From a plasmid, in the sequence record NZ_CP118109.1: 64,000 nucleotides of DNA; one strand, given 5' to 3'. Positions within the stretch are counted from its first letter, which is position 1. The number at the start of each line of letters is the position of its first letter. Shown piece after piece: positions 46,024 to 58,300 of the stretch. The notes under the pieces are model-generated. The model was not told the origin of the DNA, made no database searches, and saw only the letters and a program-made list of their open reading frames with translations. Position numbers and translations under genes: made by a program.

Positions 46024-47078
46024 TTAGAAATAATCCCCTCAGCTCCATCATACGGTTCGAACTCATTGGTTTCTGGATTTAACTTTTCCAGAACAAAGTG
46101 CTTCAAGTTCGGATGATCATTGTAGCTGAACATAGCATGAACATTGCCGTTTTGAACATCTACCTGCAAACCTTTAGGTGTGATGCTCTCCAACAAGATA
46201 TCCTTGCGGTTACGCATAATGCTGTGGTCTACTGTCCAGTTCGTCCCCTTCATGTAGCGGACGTCTGTAAGGATTTCGGTTACGATCGATTCCACTTTCT
46301 GAACGAATGTCAGGGTCGGACTAGACTTCGATAGCATCATCTGCAGCGTATAATACAGGAAGTCTTCTGGTACATCATTGAAATTTAAGCGTGCTGGATA
46401 GATCAGCGTGACCGGCACTTTAGGAGATTCGGAAAGAATAATCAGCCCACTCTCATAGACGGTTCCAGTGATGGCTTCCTGATTTGTCCCAAGCACAACT
46501 CGATCTCCACTGGCATCAAGTACTGTCAAATCCCCTCTGACATACTCCACGCCTTCTTGCGGCTCAAGCTGAACCTCATAATGATTTAATGGGTTGATTG
46601 TCTTATGACTGAAAGGAAGGATGATTTCTTTTTGAGCAAACTCTACTCCTTCTTGAGCCATATCCTGAACTTGCCTAATGCGGTAGTCCAGTTTTAATCC
46701 ATCATGAATTGCACTGTCCACGCCGGCTATCGCATTGTTGATTTCATCTTGAATGTAAGAGTCAATCTCAACGCCTTTGCCTGGCGCATTCTCGGCAATC
46801 TCAATGACTTGTGCTTTCAGATCATCCAGCAGTTTTTTAAGGCGCTGCCCTTTAGCCGCAACGACACCGTAAGTTGCCGTATTAAGCTCTGCTAGTGCAT
46901 CCTCTGCTTTAACGATTGCAGTGATAGCATTCGTGCGGTTGAGGTTGATCTGAGGCAGGGCATTTAGAATTTGGGTTTTATTATTCTCCCAATCTAAAAG
47001 GTCCTGATCTAAGTTATTAATCCTCGATTCAAGATCATTCACAAACTGCACGATATTCCTTGTATCTGTGATTGGCAT
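46020..47078 (-). CDS. structural protein (N-terminal coiled coil; baseplate/tail-fibre-associated?)
   Basis: 352 aa. AGGAGG RBS. Preceded by hairpin 47101-47126 and palindrome 47142-47155. Confidence 0.5.
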   Translation of the reverse strand: MPITDTRNIVQFVNDLESRINNLDQDLLDWENNKTQILNALPQINLNRTNAITAIVKAEDALAELNTATYGVVAAKGQRLKKLLDDLKAQVIEIAENAPGKGVEIDSYIQDEINNAIAGVDSAIHDGLKLDYRIRQVQDMAQEGVEFAQKEIILPFSHKTINPLNHYEVQLEPQEGVEYVRGDLTVLDASGDRVVLGTNQEAITGTVYESGLIILSESPKVPVTLIYPARLNFNDVPEDFLYYTLQMMLSKSSPTLTFVQKVESIVTEILTDVRYMKGTNWTVDHSIMRNRKDILLESITPKGLQVDVQNGNVHAMFSYNDHPNLKHFVLEKLNPETNEFEPYDGAEGIISK

Positions 47079-47094
47079 ACCTTTTCCTCCTTAT

Positions 47095-47126
47095 AAAAAA
47101 CAGCCCGCAGTATATGCGAGCTGCTG
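47095..47126 (-). terminator. hairpin plus U-run (possible attenuating terminator) between giant tail gene and 46020..47078
   Basis: Stem CAGC-C-CGCA / TGCG-A-GCTG with GTATA loop, A6 on + strand. Only 16 nt upstream of the next RBS, so it is probably leaky or regulatory. Confidence 0.35.
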
Positions 47127-47141
47127 TGTATTATCATATCA

Positions 47142-47155
47142 TGTAACGCATTACA
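47142..47155 (-). promoter_or_regulatory. dyad TGTAACGCATTACA overlapping the stop codon of the 1723-aa gene, upstream of gene 46020..47078
   Basis: Core palindrome about 64 nt upstream of the start codon at 47078. A hairpin plus U-run (47095-47126) lies between the palindrome and the RBS. Confidence 0.4.
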
Positions 47156-50100
47156 ATTCTATAAATTCCACTCCATCTATTTCCGTAAATTTCGGGAACA
47201 TCTTAACATAGTCTACAAGAATGCCACCTTTAGCCTCCTTGCTGTTCACCTGAATAATAATGGAATCAACATTGCCGTCATTCATAATGTCAGCCGTATA
47301 GATCATCCAATCTTCGCTGTTGATTGTGGCCATCGGCACTTCTGCCGTTTCTCCGTTTCGATATGCATACCGAATGACAGCTGCTGAACGATCCTCCGCC
47401 TTAGACATCTTCTTCGCTTTGATATCCAAAGTGTAGTCGCTGTATTCCAGATTGGCTGTGGAGAGCAGGATGCCGTATACGCCTCCCTCTGCAATTTGAA
47501 GGATAGAGTTATCGCCAGTACCGAGATCTTGCTGATTAATGAAGTATAATCCGCTTGATAGATTCGCATTATATTCATTCAGGTGCTTGCCGTAAAGGAA
47601 CTCCGGATTGCCAAGCACGTTAAGATCGGTTGGTTGCGGATCGTAATACTCAATGATCGGCAGGATTCCGTATCCTTTATGCTTCGCTACAGCTGCTTGC
47701 ACTTCAGCTTCACTAAATCCGTTTGGATTATTTGGAGTGGCTAGGATACTGCGTGGGAGCCGAACAATAATGACTCCATTTTCCTGATATGCTTCTCCAT
47801 CAAAGTATCCGATATCCCAATGGTAAAGTGATTCTTTATTTACCTTGGCAATGACCGCTTTAGATAATGCTTCATCCAGACCGCCGCCTCTTGTCCGGGT
47901 GTCCATAATGACCACATCTTTCTTAAGGCTGGAGTTGGCTTGGACTGTTACCTTCCCTAGTCGAAGCATGGATGGGTCATAGTTATAATCATCTGGCTCA
48001 AACCAGTAGCCGTCATCCGTATGGAAGATCGCTTGATTACGAGTTGTACCACTAATGAGCTGAGGTCCTGATTCCTCTTGTATCCAGATGGATGTGGGTC
48101 TTAGATAGACGTGCATTTGTCTAACTAATAACTCATTGCTTTGCTTCTCGGTCGTTGTGTACGATTCGCGCAGCGTCACATCTCCTGGAACCCATTCATG
48201 GAATCCATCTTGTGCCATCGTAAATCGGTGTCCTGGACTTGGGTTTAAATCCAGATGGAAGAACTCTCCGCTTCGATTGTATCCGCGGTACGTGTACCAA
48301 TCTTCTACATAAGCATATCTCACAATCACTTCGTCCTGATCTCGAATCCTATCGTGAAGATAAATGATACCTTTTTTCGCATCGATGTCGGAAACTCTTA
48401 GCTTACGAGACTGATTCATTCGGATCGCTTCGACTTCGAGATAGCTTACGCCAGCTTCGGATGCCATCGCAATTGGCGTGAATCCAACTTGAATCGCTTT
48501 ATCATTAAGAATAACAGGATGCTCTCGATCAATCAGAATGACCGGCTCATTGTAGAACTCTTGGTTCGTATATTCCGGTACCGTATAATCCATGATGATT
48601 TCTTTTCGTTCTTCCGGATTCATCGGAGCGTAGGGAATCAGTTCTGGATAGTATACATAGAGCTGCGGCACTTTTTCACCAGCCTCATAATAAGGAAGGA
48701 CGTATCGCTTCTTCACTCTGCCGTTCTTCACCCGTACATACCAGTTGTCGATCTCCGTGTTATCTCGCTCAACCTTTGGCTTCTCCATTTCGATCTTTTT
48801 ATCATCATCAATCTTGATGGCCAGCACCGGTACTGACTCCAGCTCTTCGAAAGTTGTCCACGCTACAAGGTCAGCTGTAAGCCCTTCGATCACATTTTTT
48901 GTTCCCGGCTGCAGGATGTTTTTCATACGCATCCGGTTAACGCCTCGGTTTGCCTGATCCACCTCGAAGTATTCTCGGTTCTGCCAGTTGTAATGCCAGC
49001 GATAGTTCACTCGGTTCTCCCGATTGTTGCCTGCTGCATCCCCTCGCTCGATACGCAGAAGCAATTCATTTGCAGGAACGCTGGATGGAATGTTTAATTT
49101 CTCGAGGATGTTTCCTGTCCCGAAAAGAAGGCCCATTGATTTCATGCCTTCCTGCTTATAAATCTTATCTGTCCCTTCGAGTGGCAAGGTGAGTGGTGCT
49201 CCAATCGCAATGATCGGCGGCACATCAACCTCAGCAGAAACAGAGTTGTCACCGTTAATTCGAATACTTACGCCTTCACCGCTTGTTGCCCATATTCGAT
49301 TCCAAGAGAAGTTCTGAATCTCAATCGGTATATTATCCTTTGTTAGCATTGGCGGGGTGAGTGTTACATTCATGACGCCGTCAGCCCTCATGACCGCCTT
49401 ACCTGTGCCGGTAATATTCTTACGATTATCACTGGTTAGCCAAGGGGTGCTTAATGTCCCTCCTGCCTGGCTGCTGTTCGTAACTGCCCAAATGTAGCCA
49501 TCGTTTCGAACCTCAGCCCGAAGGTCTACCGGATCACCGACAACACTTGGAGTCGTAACAGTATAAGGCATACCATCACCATAGGTGTCTTTCATATATT
49601 GCTCAATGAGTGGTGTTAAGATATCGGCCGGCTTCTTGTCGGACACCTTAACCCAATCGTTACTAGTCAGCGTCACGTTCTCCCAATCTGTACAGAGTTC
49701 GTGAACATCCAGCTCTGTGAATTTCAACTTAGACCATAGTGCATTCTCTTGAGAGATATTACAGATTCCATAAGAGCCTTTACTATAGGTGCTGTCTTCA
49801 GCTTCACATACCAATGTTCCTAATGCATCATCGGAAGTATCGTTACCGATGTAGACCTGAAACTTACTACCGGCAACCACGACGCGAATCTTATATGTCT
49901 CCCCCGGCACCCATCCCTTTGCATTGTAGTTTACGTTGCTCGTAATGTTCTCAAAGGATGTTTCTGTTCGATCTGATTTGTACTGGCAGTTTGGATGTAA
50001 AGCATCAGAGTAAGGCGGCAATGTTGTTGGACTGGCTTTGAATATCCCCTTCTTGCGGTTTTTAAATCCGTAGTCTGACATGTACTTTGTCATATTCGTT

Positions 50101-52322
50101 TCAGCTTCATAAGCGCTGTTAAATTTATTAGGGTCTGGATTCTTGTAATAGAGTACCGCTGACACCCCTCGCTCACCAACGAGTACACGACCTACACCGT
50201 TTCCGTTGGCTCCCGGCTCACGCATGAGCTGGTCTTTTTCCCAAAGGAAGCAGTAATATTCTTTATCGTTGTTAACTCGGAACTGAATCCCAATGACATC
50301 ATCATCGTTGTGATCGTTAACCGTAACGCATGCAGAGAAGATGTAGTTGTCTTTATCTTTGTGAGCACCATTATAATATCCGCTGACTTCAATCTTATTT
50401 ACAGTTAAAAGAAGCACGTCCCTAGCTCGGTTGTATTCCCATTTGCCACGAGTCTCATTGGAGCCAATAAAGTCCCATCCTGTAAATACATCAATAGGCT
50501 TTGCTGCAAACGCCTTCTCAATCGTTACGTTTTGACATACTTTCCATCGTCCTTCGTAGCTCTGTGAAGTAATGATCTCACCTGATCCACTGGCTTCCCA
50601 CGTGAAGTCTACTTCTGACTTCTGCTGCTCAGGATAGATCGTAACCTGATGTTCGATCGGATTGTTCTTCAGTTTGACGTTGCTTCCGCTGACTCCCGTC
50701 CACTTAGCGGTTGTCGTATTTGATTTTGCCTGTGCCGGTGAACTGCCGCTTTCTGCTACAATGCTTTCTACTAGTCCATTATCCGAAGCGGCTTGAGTTG
50801 TATAGAGCAGGTTCCCGCTGGCATCTTCAATCCTGAATACGGCATCCATCGGAAGTGAAGGCATGTCTACTGGCATAATCGATTGAATGAGGCTCCGTGC
50901 GTCTACATATCCGCCGCCAATATTTACGCCCAAGGTTTTATACTCTCCGGTAAACTCAAGCTTCTCATGGGCGAGGAGTGCATCTGCATTCATTGTCCAA
51001 TCGCTTACGTATCCAAAGGTTAATGTGCGTTGGTTGTTCTTGTCATCCAAATAGGTAGCAGATAATTTATAGTTGAATGCGTTACGCGCTCTTGGGTCAT
51101 TCATGGAACGTTGCGGTACCGTAATTTTATATCCATCCTTATCTGGATATTCCTCAATCGAATACACCTCTTGAATGTCCTCGGCTGCCCGCAGGTCTTC
51201 TGCTGTCACCTGCTCGTATGCACCGATCCCATTGATTACTCGGAGCTTGCCGCCCTCAATCAATCCAATATTCCCTTGATTAGAATAAAGCTCCACCGTT
51301 TTTGTGGTGCTCTTAAGTTCTGCATCTGGAGCAGGAGTTTCTACATGATTGTAGCGAACCTTAAAGGTCTGCTCTTCATCCGTATTGCTTTGAATATAAA
51401 TCTTCACCCAATAGATCTTAGGATTCTGCTCAGTCGTTTGAGCATAGATAAGACGCTTGAACTCAGGTCCTAGCAGGTTCCCATTTTCATCGGTTAGCTG
51501 AATTTGGCTGCCTGTGTAACGTATTACCTTCCCTGCTTCTCCTGGATCACTATCGTAATGATACTTCAGCTCAAACTTATAAAACAGCGCACTGGATATT
51601 GTAGTTTCGTTCTGCGTAAATCGTCTAGTGATGTTGATATTCTTGGATGGAAACCTGCTGTATGGCGGACGCATAATGATCGGCTGATCATCGGAAACCA
51701 CATCAGCATAGGAGAGGACGCCGTTTGCATCCGGAACAACTAAGGACTCAATCTGATCAATAGGGATTACATTTTCATTGACCGAAGAGGTGTCGATCAA
51801 TGAAACGTTCTCTTCTACGTTGATCCGCGGACTATGGATATAAGCCAGATTGACATCGCCAGCTGGTACCTGTTCACCCACTCTGAGTGAAAGCTTGCCG
51901 TTAGGCAGCGCCTTATTGAACTCAAATAATTCAAGCCCATAATCTAATCGCTGATCTTTATGATAATAAGCTACTGCTTTCATGGCTCCGTCAGCTGTTT
52001 GAACTTTCTGCTCTACTCCATCTTTATAGAAAACGACTGAAATATCTTTGTGACCTGATTTAGTCTGATAGCCGACAACCACGACTTTGTCGGATTGAAT
52101 CCCATATTCCTGAATGTAATCATCAATCTGCTTCTGGAATGTTTCCTGCATACTCATTCCATCGCAAAGCGTCTGTCCGATTTCAGCTTGATTCATGGTT
52201 TCGTTAATCGTGAAGTAATCATCATATACAAATACCTTATCAAGCTCGGTCTGATCCTTTACTGAGATAATACATGCGATGCGATAAAAGTCTTTAATCA
52301 CTTTTAATCTCCCTTCTTTCAC
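47151..52322 (-). CDS. giant tail fibre/structural protein (1723 aa)
   Basis: Long beta-rich ORF. The palindrome motif overlaps its stop codon. Confidence 0.6.
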   Translation of the reverse strand: MKEGRLKVIKDFYRIACIISVKDQTELDKVFVYDDYFTINETMNQAEIGQTLCDGMSMQETFQKQIDDYIQEYGIQSDKVVVVGYQTKSGHKDISVVFYKDGVEQKVQTADGAMKAVAYYHKDQRLDYGLELFEFNKALPNGKLSLRVGEQVPAGDVNLAYIHSPRINVEENVSLIDTSSVNENVIPIDQIESLVVPDANGVLSYADVVSDDQPIIMRPPYSRFPSKNINITRRFTQNETTISSALFYKFELKYHYDSDPGEAGKVIRYTGSQIQLTDENGNLLGPEFKRLIYAQTTEQNPKIYWVKIYIQSNTDEEQTFKVRYNHVETPAPDAELKSTTKTVELYSNQGNIGLIEGGKLRVINGIGAYEQVTAEDLRAAEDIQEVYSIEEYPDKDGYKITVPQRSMNDPRARNAFNYKLSATYLDDKNNQRTLTFGYVSDWTMNADALLAHEKLEFTGEYKTLGVNIGGGYVDARSLIQSIMPVDMPSLPMDAVFRIEDASGNLLYTTQAASDNGLVESIVAESGSSPAQAKSNTTTAKWTGVSGSNVKLKNNPIEHQVTIYPEQQKSEVDFTWEASGSGEIITSQSYEGRWKVCQNVTIEKAFAAKPIDVFTGWDFIGSNETRGKWEYNRARDVLLLTVNKIEVSGYYNGAHKDKDNYIFSACVTVNDHNDDDVIGIQFRVNNDKEYYCFLWEKDQLMREPGANGNGVGRVLVGERGVSAVLYYKNPDPNKFNSAYEAETNMTKYMSDYGFKNRKKGIFKASPTTLPPYSDALHPNCQYKSDRTETSFENITSNVNYNAKGWVPGETYKIRVVVAGSKFQVYIGNDTSDDALGTLVCEAEDSTYSKGSYGICNISQENALWSKLKFTELDVHELCTDWENVTLTSNDWVKVSDKKPADILTPLIEQYMKDTYGDGMPYTVTTPSVVGDPVDLRAEVRNDGYIWAVTNSSQAGGTLSTPWLTSDNRKNITGTGKAVMRADGVMNVTLTPPMLTKDNIPIEIQNFSWNRIWATSGEGVSIRINGDNSVSAEVDVPPIIAIGAPLTLPLEGTDKIYKQEGMKSMGLLFGTGNILEKLNIPSSVPANELLLRIERGDAAGNNRENRVNYRWHYNWQNREYFEVDQANRGVNRMRMKNILQPGTKNVIEGLTADLVAWTTFEELESVPVLAIKIDDDKKIEMEKPKVERDNTEIDNWYVRVKNGRVKKRYVLPYYEAGEKVPQLYVYYPELIPYAPMNPEERKEIIMDYTVPEYTNQEFYNEPVILIDREHPVILNDKAIQVGFTPIAMASEAGVSYLEVEAIRMNQSRKLRVSDIDAKKGIIYLHDRIRDQDEVIVRYAYVEDWYTYRGYNRSGEFFHLDLNPSPGHRFTMAQDGFHEWVPGDVTLRESYTTTEKQSNELLVRQMHVYLRPTSIWIQEESGPQLISGTTRNQAIFHTDDGYWFEPDDYNYDPSMLRLGKVTVQANSSLKKDVVIMDTRTRGGGLDEALSKAVIAKVNKESLYHWDIGYFDGEAYQENGVIIVRLPRSILATPNNPNGFSEAEVQAAVAKHKGYGILPIIEYYDPQPTDLNVLGNPEFLYGKHLNEYNANLSSGLYFINQQDLGTGDNSILQIAEGGVYGILLSTANLEYSDYTLDIKAKKMSKAEDRSAAVIRYAYRNGETAEVPMATINSEDWMIYTADIMNDGNVDSIIIQVNSKEAKGGILVDYVKMFPKFTEIDGVEFIEL

Positions 52323-52345
52323 CTATGTAAAAAGCAATAGGGGTT

Positions 52346-55300
52346 TTATGCCCCTATTACCTTCAGGTAGATGAAGTTGCTTGCTGTTTCACCTTCCATA
52401 CTGTAAGAAGCTGTTACAGTAATATTGCCTTGCTGTTCATTCAAAGCGGATATTGTCCACTCTGCTTGGCCATACACATTTGTCGTCATTTCAGAAGTAG
52501 TGATATCACCTTTCGTATCACGACAAACAATCTTAATTCTCTCCCCCGCCACGTTCTCCCAGTTCTCATTTCGAAGCGTAATGTAGACGGTTGCCTTATC
52601 ATCCTGCCCCGCTTGAATCGCAGCCTTACTGGTTTTCACTTCAAGGAAGTAGCGATCCTTCATATTAGGAACATAGAAGTTTAGGAGTGTTTGGTTATTT
52701 AAGTCTTCGCAGATAATCTGATATGCGCTAATCATTTCAGCTCTAGGTACTGGCTTATCATAAACGTAAATTTCACCTGCACGGTTTGTTGGACCGCTGT
52801 AGATCAATTCTCCATCACGATATACATCCACGTTCTTGTTCTGAATAGGATTGTTGTATTTGTCCAGTACCTTCCCTGTCACAAGGACCTTTCCTAATCC
52901 ATCGGAAGATAATGTCTTTGGTGATACATTGATCTCTACAGATTTTGGTGTGTCCAATATCTTGTTGGTCAAGTAAAGGAAGCCCTTGTGATTATGAGTA
53001 AGCAGCGGATTCAGTGCGATTTCTTTTGCACGATAGAACGGACTAAACGCATCGCCTTCATAAATTATCTCCATATCCTTCATCTTGTCTGGATCATAGT
53101 TCGAATGAAGAACAATCTTAGCGACATCATTATTCGGATCGTGGTTATAGTCTACAAAATAGCTGTACATTAAGCTATATTCGAAGTTCATTATATCACG
53201 GTTTCCTATATTGTTCATGAACTGAATCGACGATCTCTCTGCATCAAATACATATTTGTCTGCTGAAATTGTAACGCCATTCAATTTAACAACAAGGCTG
53301 TCCGGGTCAATGCCTTTATAGGTGAGATAGTACTTACCATATCCGTTTCCAGTCAGCTCTTCTTTATAGGTTAATGTCTGCTGAATATCAATGAGCAAGC
53401 CATCCTCGTTAAAGACTTCTTCATAGAATGCCGTTTTGCGAAGGATATTCCCTTCATTATCCCTTATGATCATCGGAGCTCCCTGTTGTGGCCGAGGTTG
53501 AATGAGAAGCTGGTGATCAACCGGAGTCATTACATGGCGGGTCTTCTTCGCATATAGGTAGTGCTCTTTATCTTTGAAGTAGTAATAGCCATTATGAATC
53601 ATTGGACTCCATGGCATCGGAGTGGCTTCTTTTACTCTGGCATTTACCGCATAGCCTAATCGAGGTGTAAAGAAATCAGGCGAGATCATAGTTCGATCTG
53701 TTGCCGGGTGTGACCATTCCAGCTTCACACTGGCCGTGCCTTCATTTTCGAAATAGTTAGCGTTGAAGTCGTACCATTTGCCTCCTTGCAGATCAATGCT
53801 GCCCACATGAGTCATTGCAGATTGCAATACCCATTTATCAATGATGAGCTTCTTATCAATCCAGAGTCTGAATCCATCGTCTGAGGTGGAGTAGAAAGTA
53901 TAGGTACCCGATACCGGCGCATAGATGCTTCCTTTCCAGTTGATTGCAAATCCATCGTTTGGTGTCCCCTCATCGGTCGGCTGAATCGGATCAATGTAAG
54001 GCTCTGGCTGATCCGGACTGTAAACGTCCACTGATGTATCCGGTGGTAAGTGCCCTCGGTTTATTTCACGGTAATCAAGCCAAGCAGGTTGCTCAGGCGT
54101 GGATGCCGGACGCGTAATAACGGTAGCCGATACCTTAGCATCATCACTAGATGTAACGATACCTCCTGTTGTAAAGTGCGTCTTGTAATCACTCGTATCG
54201 TTCTTGATAAAGTATTGAAGCGACACATCACTGCGTGAGAATCCATGAGCACTTAGGAAGCTATTTAATTCGCTACTGAAGAACTCAATCATTCGCTGGT
54301 CGTTAACCACCATCTCTTCGGTTCGCAGACTGTCGGTCAGCGATTTTGTCTTCTCTGCACTCATCGGTTTCCGGATCGTTTCTTTTAGAATTTTCGAGGT
54401 GCTGAAATTCCAGAAATACGTATTAGGCTGTGATCTTGTTACTGGCCCCCATGCCCCTGCAATTAATGCATCCGGTGCGTTGTCCACAATATCAAATTTT
54501 AATACGTCATTGGTATAGACTTGGATCGACTGTCCGACGACTCTCACACGGATCTTGTTCGTTTGATTTCCTCCATAAGCCCAGGGTTCGGGAAGGTGAG
54601 CAAGCTTCACTTTGTTATAAGTGAGCTGTGCTGTTCCGTACTGAGATGGGTTTGTACAGATGTTTCGATATATAGCCATCCCTCTTACATCCATGCCATC
54701 TGCATCCCACTCAAACGAATAGAAGTTTTTAGTGGCAGGGCTGAAGCGGAAGATTGCACCATACATATCATTATCACCTGAATTGATCTCTTGCACCAAG
54801 AACTCGAAATCATAATCCGTCATGTCTACATGTTCGGGATTGTACCATCCAGAGCGGTAGCTTTGATTAGCAAGATTCGTTACTTTGTCATAACCAGCTT
54901 CGGGCGGGCCGTGCCAGTTTCCTACATCTGATCCAATGTTTTCATCGAACTTATTCCATACGCCAGTGAAGTTACTGGTGTCGATGACTTCGGATGAAGG
55001 ATAGCTGATCTCCATCTCGACATTCAGATTAAATTTAATCTGATCAGGAATCACGGCCATCATGCGGAAACCGGCAGGTTCCAGGCTTTCCGTGAATGGC
55101 GACTGCGTACCCCAGTTGAAGTTAATGAAAGGATCGATGCGGGACATCTTTACATTACCAAGGTAATTTTCTTTCTGCGGATCGAAGCGCTTGGCCACCC
55201 TGTAGGACTGCAAGTGAACCCAGTCTTTAGGCATGAGTAATTCTTTATCCACCGTAAGAATACGACCGCTGATGCTATATTTCGTTTCATCCAGCTTAGC

Positions 55301-58300
55301 CCCATTTAAGTATACTTCTGGAGATAGCTGCGGCTCATTGGATAAATCAAACGTATTATCAATCTCACCTACACCGTACCTGATTCGAATGACACCTGGC
55401 GTCACATAACTTCCTCTAATCTTAAATGTCTGACCATCAATGTAGTACCCGTTTGTCGTGCTTTCTGGAATCTCCACATCATTTTTTCTAACCGAAAGAA
55501 CCTTGTAAGGCGGTACATCATACATCGGGAAGTCTGTTTGCATTGGCAGCTCTTTGATCTTGATTCCGCCTGCAGAGTAATTCACCTCAATGACATCTTC
55601 ATTTACAATTGGTGCCGTTATAATGACATCCTTACGATCCATAGCGAAAGCCGTAATCGAAGTGCCGTTCACTTTGACCGAAACAGAATCGGGGTCTGGC
55701 ACATAGCTCAGACTAAGCACCTTACGCACCTCAGTGCCAATGTTGGTTGTCACCATATAAGTGGTCTGTGCATTGCCTTGGTTGAATACGCTGATGATCC
55801 ATGTTCCCTCAATCGGCAGCGTGAAGGTCATTACTTCTGCATGTCCGTTGTCTCCAGAGTGCGTATACTGTCTGCAGCTTAAGAAATCGGATGCAGTTGT
55901 TCCCGTAGCAGACCAAGTTCCGTTCATATATTTAACACCAAACTGTTCACCGTTCGGTGCAGTCACAAGCAGGTCAGGATATTTATTTCCTGTATCAATC
56001 ATGAAGTTGGATGCGATTTTAAGAATTGGCTTTCCTGCAGGAACATATACTGTCGCCACCTCGGACTCCGTAGCTCCTTGAATGGTTCCTCTCACCGGCG
56101 CACTGCCGGGAATGAACGTTTCGGTTGCAGGTAGTCCCGGTGTATTTACTGGAGCCACGGCTTCTTCAATGACAAACACCTGCTCTTTGATTTGAAAGCT
56201 GCCGCCGACAACAAACTTCTCAAGCACGTTCTCAATCTCTTGAGGGTAGCGATAGTACGTTCCCAGGAGCCCTGAAGAACTCCCCTCTGCTTGAGTTGGC
56301 CAGACAGAAACAAACGGATTGTTACTGATGACTTCAACGCCTTCAATAGAAACATTATCATCATAGTCTTCCTGATCATCTGGATTGATGGAGATCGGAT
56401 CGCTTATGGTTGTTGTCGTATTCAGATCTGCATGAAATCCTCTCTCATCTTCATGCCAGCTTGTGTACCAATCGGTATACCAAACGTAGGCATCTTTGAA
56501 ATCAGAGCTGAACGTAACCGTTTTTCCCCCGGCATCGATGTTGTAACTTACACGCTCGTCGCTGACCTCGATATACGGGCCTGTAATGTTGACCATATTC
56601 TCAGGGATGAACACTGTATTCGTTGGAACGCCGACCATGTTTGCTCGACCAGCTGAGTCTCCGAAGAATGGGCGCTTTCCATTAACCTTTCCATATCCAA
56701 TTTCTTTCCCTGTTGTATAAGGGATATATCTTGGATCTTCATCACACTTCACCACAACACGATCATTCTGCCGATCCGTCTTGATGATGGGCTTGCCAGT
56801 CAACTGGTTAATAGGCAGTCCGCTGTTGCGGGTTGTGATTCCCGGCTGGCTTTCCCAATACATCCAAGTGAATGTCTGCTTGCCGATAGGCTCCTTGTAC
56901 AGAAGATAATGAACGTTGTCATAGATGCCTGGCATCGGCGTGTTTAGATACGGCTCGATGTAATGTTCATGGTTTGGCGGGATATCAACAAAGCTATCTT
57001 CTTCACTATTAACGATTCCTTCATTCAGGATATCGGCAGGAAATATGCCCTTGTACCACTCTGTTGTTTTGAGCATGAGTACATCGGACGGATCGTGATG
57101 AATGTCTACTGCTCCGCTATTCTGCCATTTCCAAGCGTCATACTGCTCGTTTACGGTTCCTGAGTTATCGTGGAAGGTTAATGTGTAGGTTGCCCAGTTG
57201 CCGCCCACAAAGTCCGTCAGAGGCCGTCCTGCGACCCATCCTTCATAAGCAAATACATTATGCTCATAATCAATCTCGGTCGTTACAATCTCGGGCTCAG
57301 TCTCCCACATCAATAGTCGCTCTTGCGTGAAGTCCTTCTCCGCATCATCAGCAGCTGGCTTCACTAGTGTAAAGGTTGGCACGACACTGCTTGCAGACAT
57401 TTCTGGATGATCACTCTTGAATTTAGCTAGCTCTGCTTTAAAGAACTCCTGAGCATTCGTATAGACTTCGGCAGCCGTATTCAAATCAATATTGTCGGGT
57501 GTAATTCGAATCTGGCCACTCTTCGTAAACTTCTGCGTGATTGGCTCTCCTGCATTAGGTGGATTGTTAGACTTCACCACGATGGCTCCCGTGACAGATG
57601 CTGTAATACTGCCGGCAGAGCTATCCGTTAATTCGCCAGCTACTTCTGTGACTTCATATTTCTGTGATGGCGAGCTGAGCTTGGATACGACTTGATTCTT
57701 CACGTATTCTCTACCAGAAGAAGAAATCGTTTTACTTCCGATACCCGTATATTTATCATAGCCGGTTTCCGGAATACGCCCCTCGATCTGATTCCACTCA
57801 CGTACACGGATACCATGAAACTGAACAGCCTGAGAGATATTGCACATCCCAAAGCTTCCTTCTTCCCAATCAGTATTGAACTCGAAGATTTTCGCATAGT
57901 CACCGCTTAAACTGTGGCGGATATGAAGCTCTACTTTCTTGCCCATGGAGCGAACCATCATACTTTGCATGACATTGAAATCCCATCCATTGCCGCCACC
58001 TAGATCATTTACATTAACCCTACTCATTACTCCATCGGTTACTTTATAGATGCGTCTATGCTGTGTCTTCCACCCCATGCTCTGTGTATACAGCCGCCAT
58101 TCCGATTCGGTCTGATAGCTGGCTCCTCTTACGGATCGCGCGTTCCATTGTTCTGGTGTCCCAGTGTAGATATTGAACCCTTCCAAGTTGTCACCTGTAC
58201 GGTTTGAGTTTCTTGCACGCTCATGGCTTTCAATCAGCAGCATGTAGAAGTTCCGTTTATCTCTTGCTTTGAAGATTAGTCCGATAAGGTCATCGTCTGC

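Noticed and set aside
47095-47126. Strong transcription terminator between tail fibre and baseplate-like gene
   Set aside because: Hairpin plus U6 is present, but it lies only 16 nt upstream of the next RBS with no promoter after it. It is reported as a possible attenuator instead of a full terminator.
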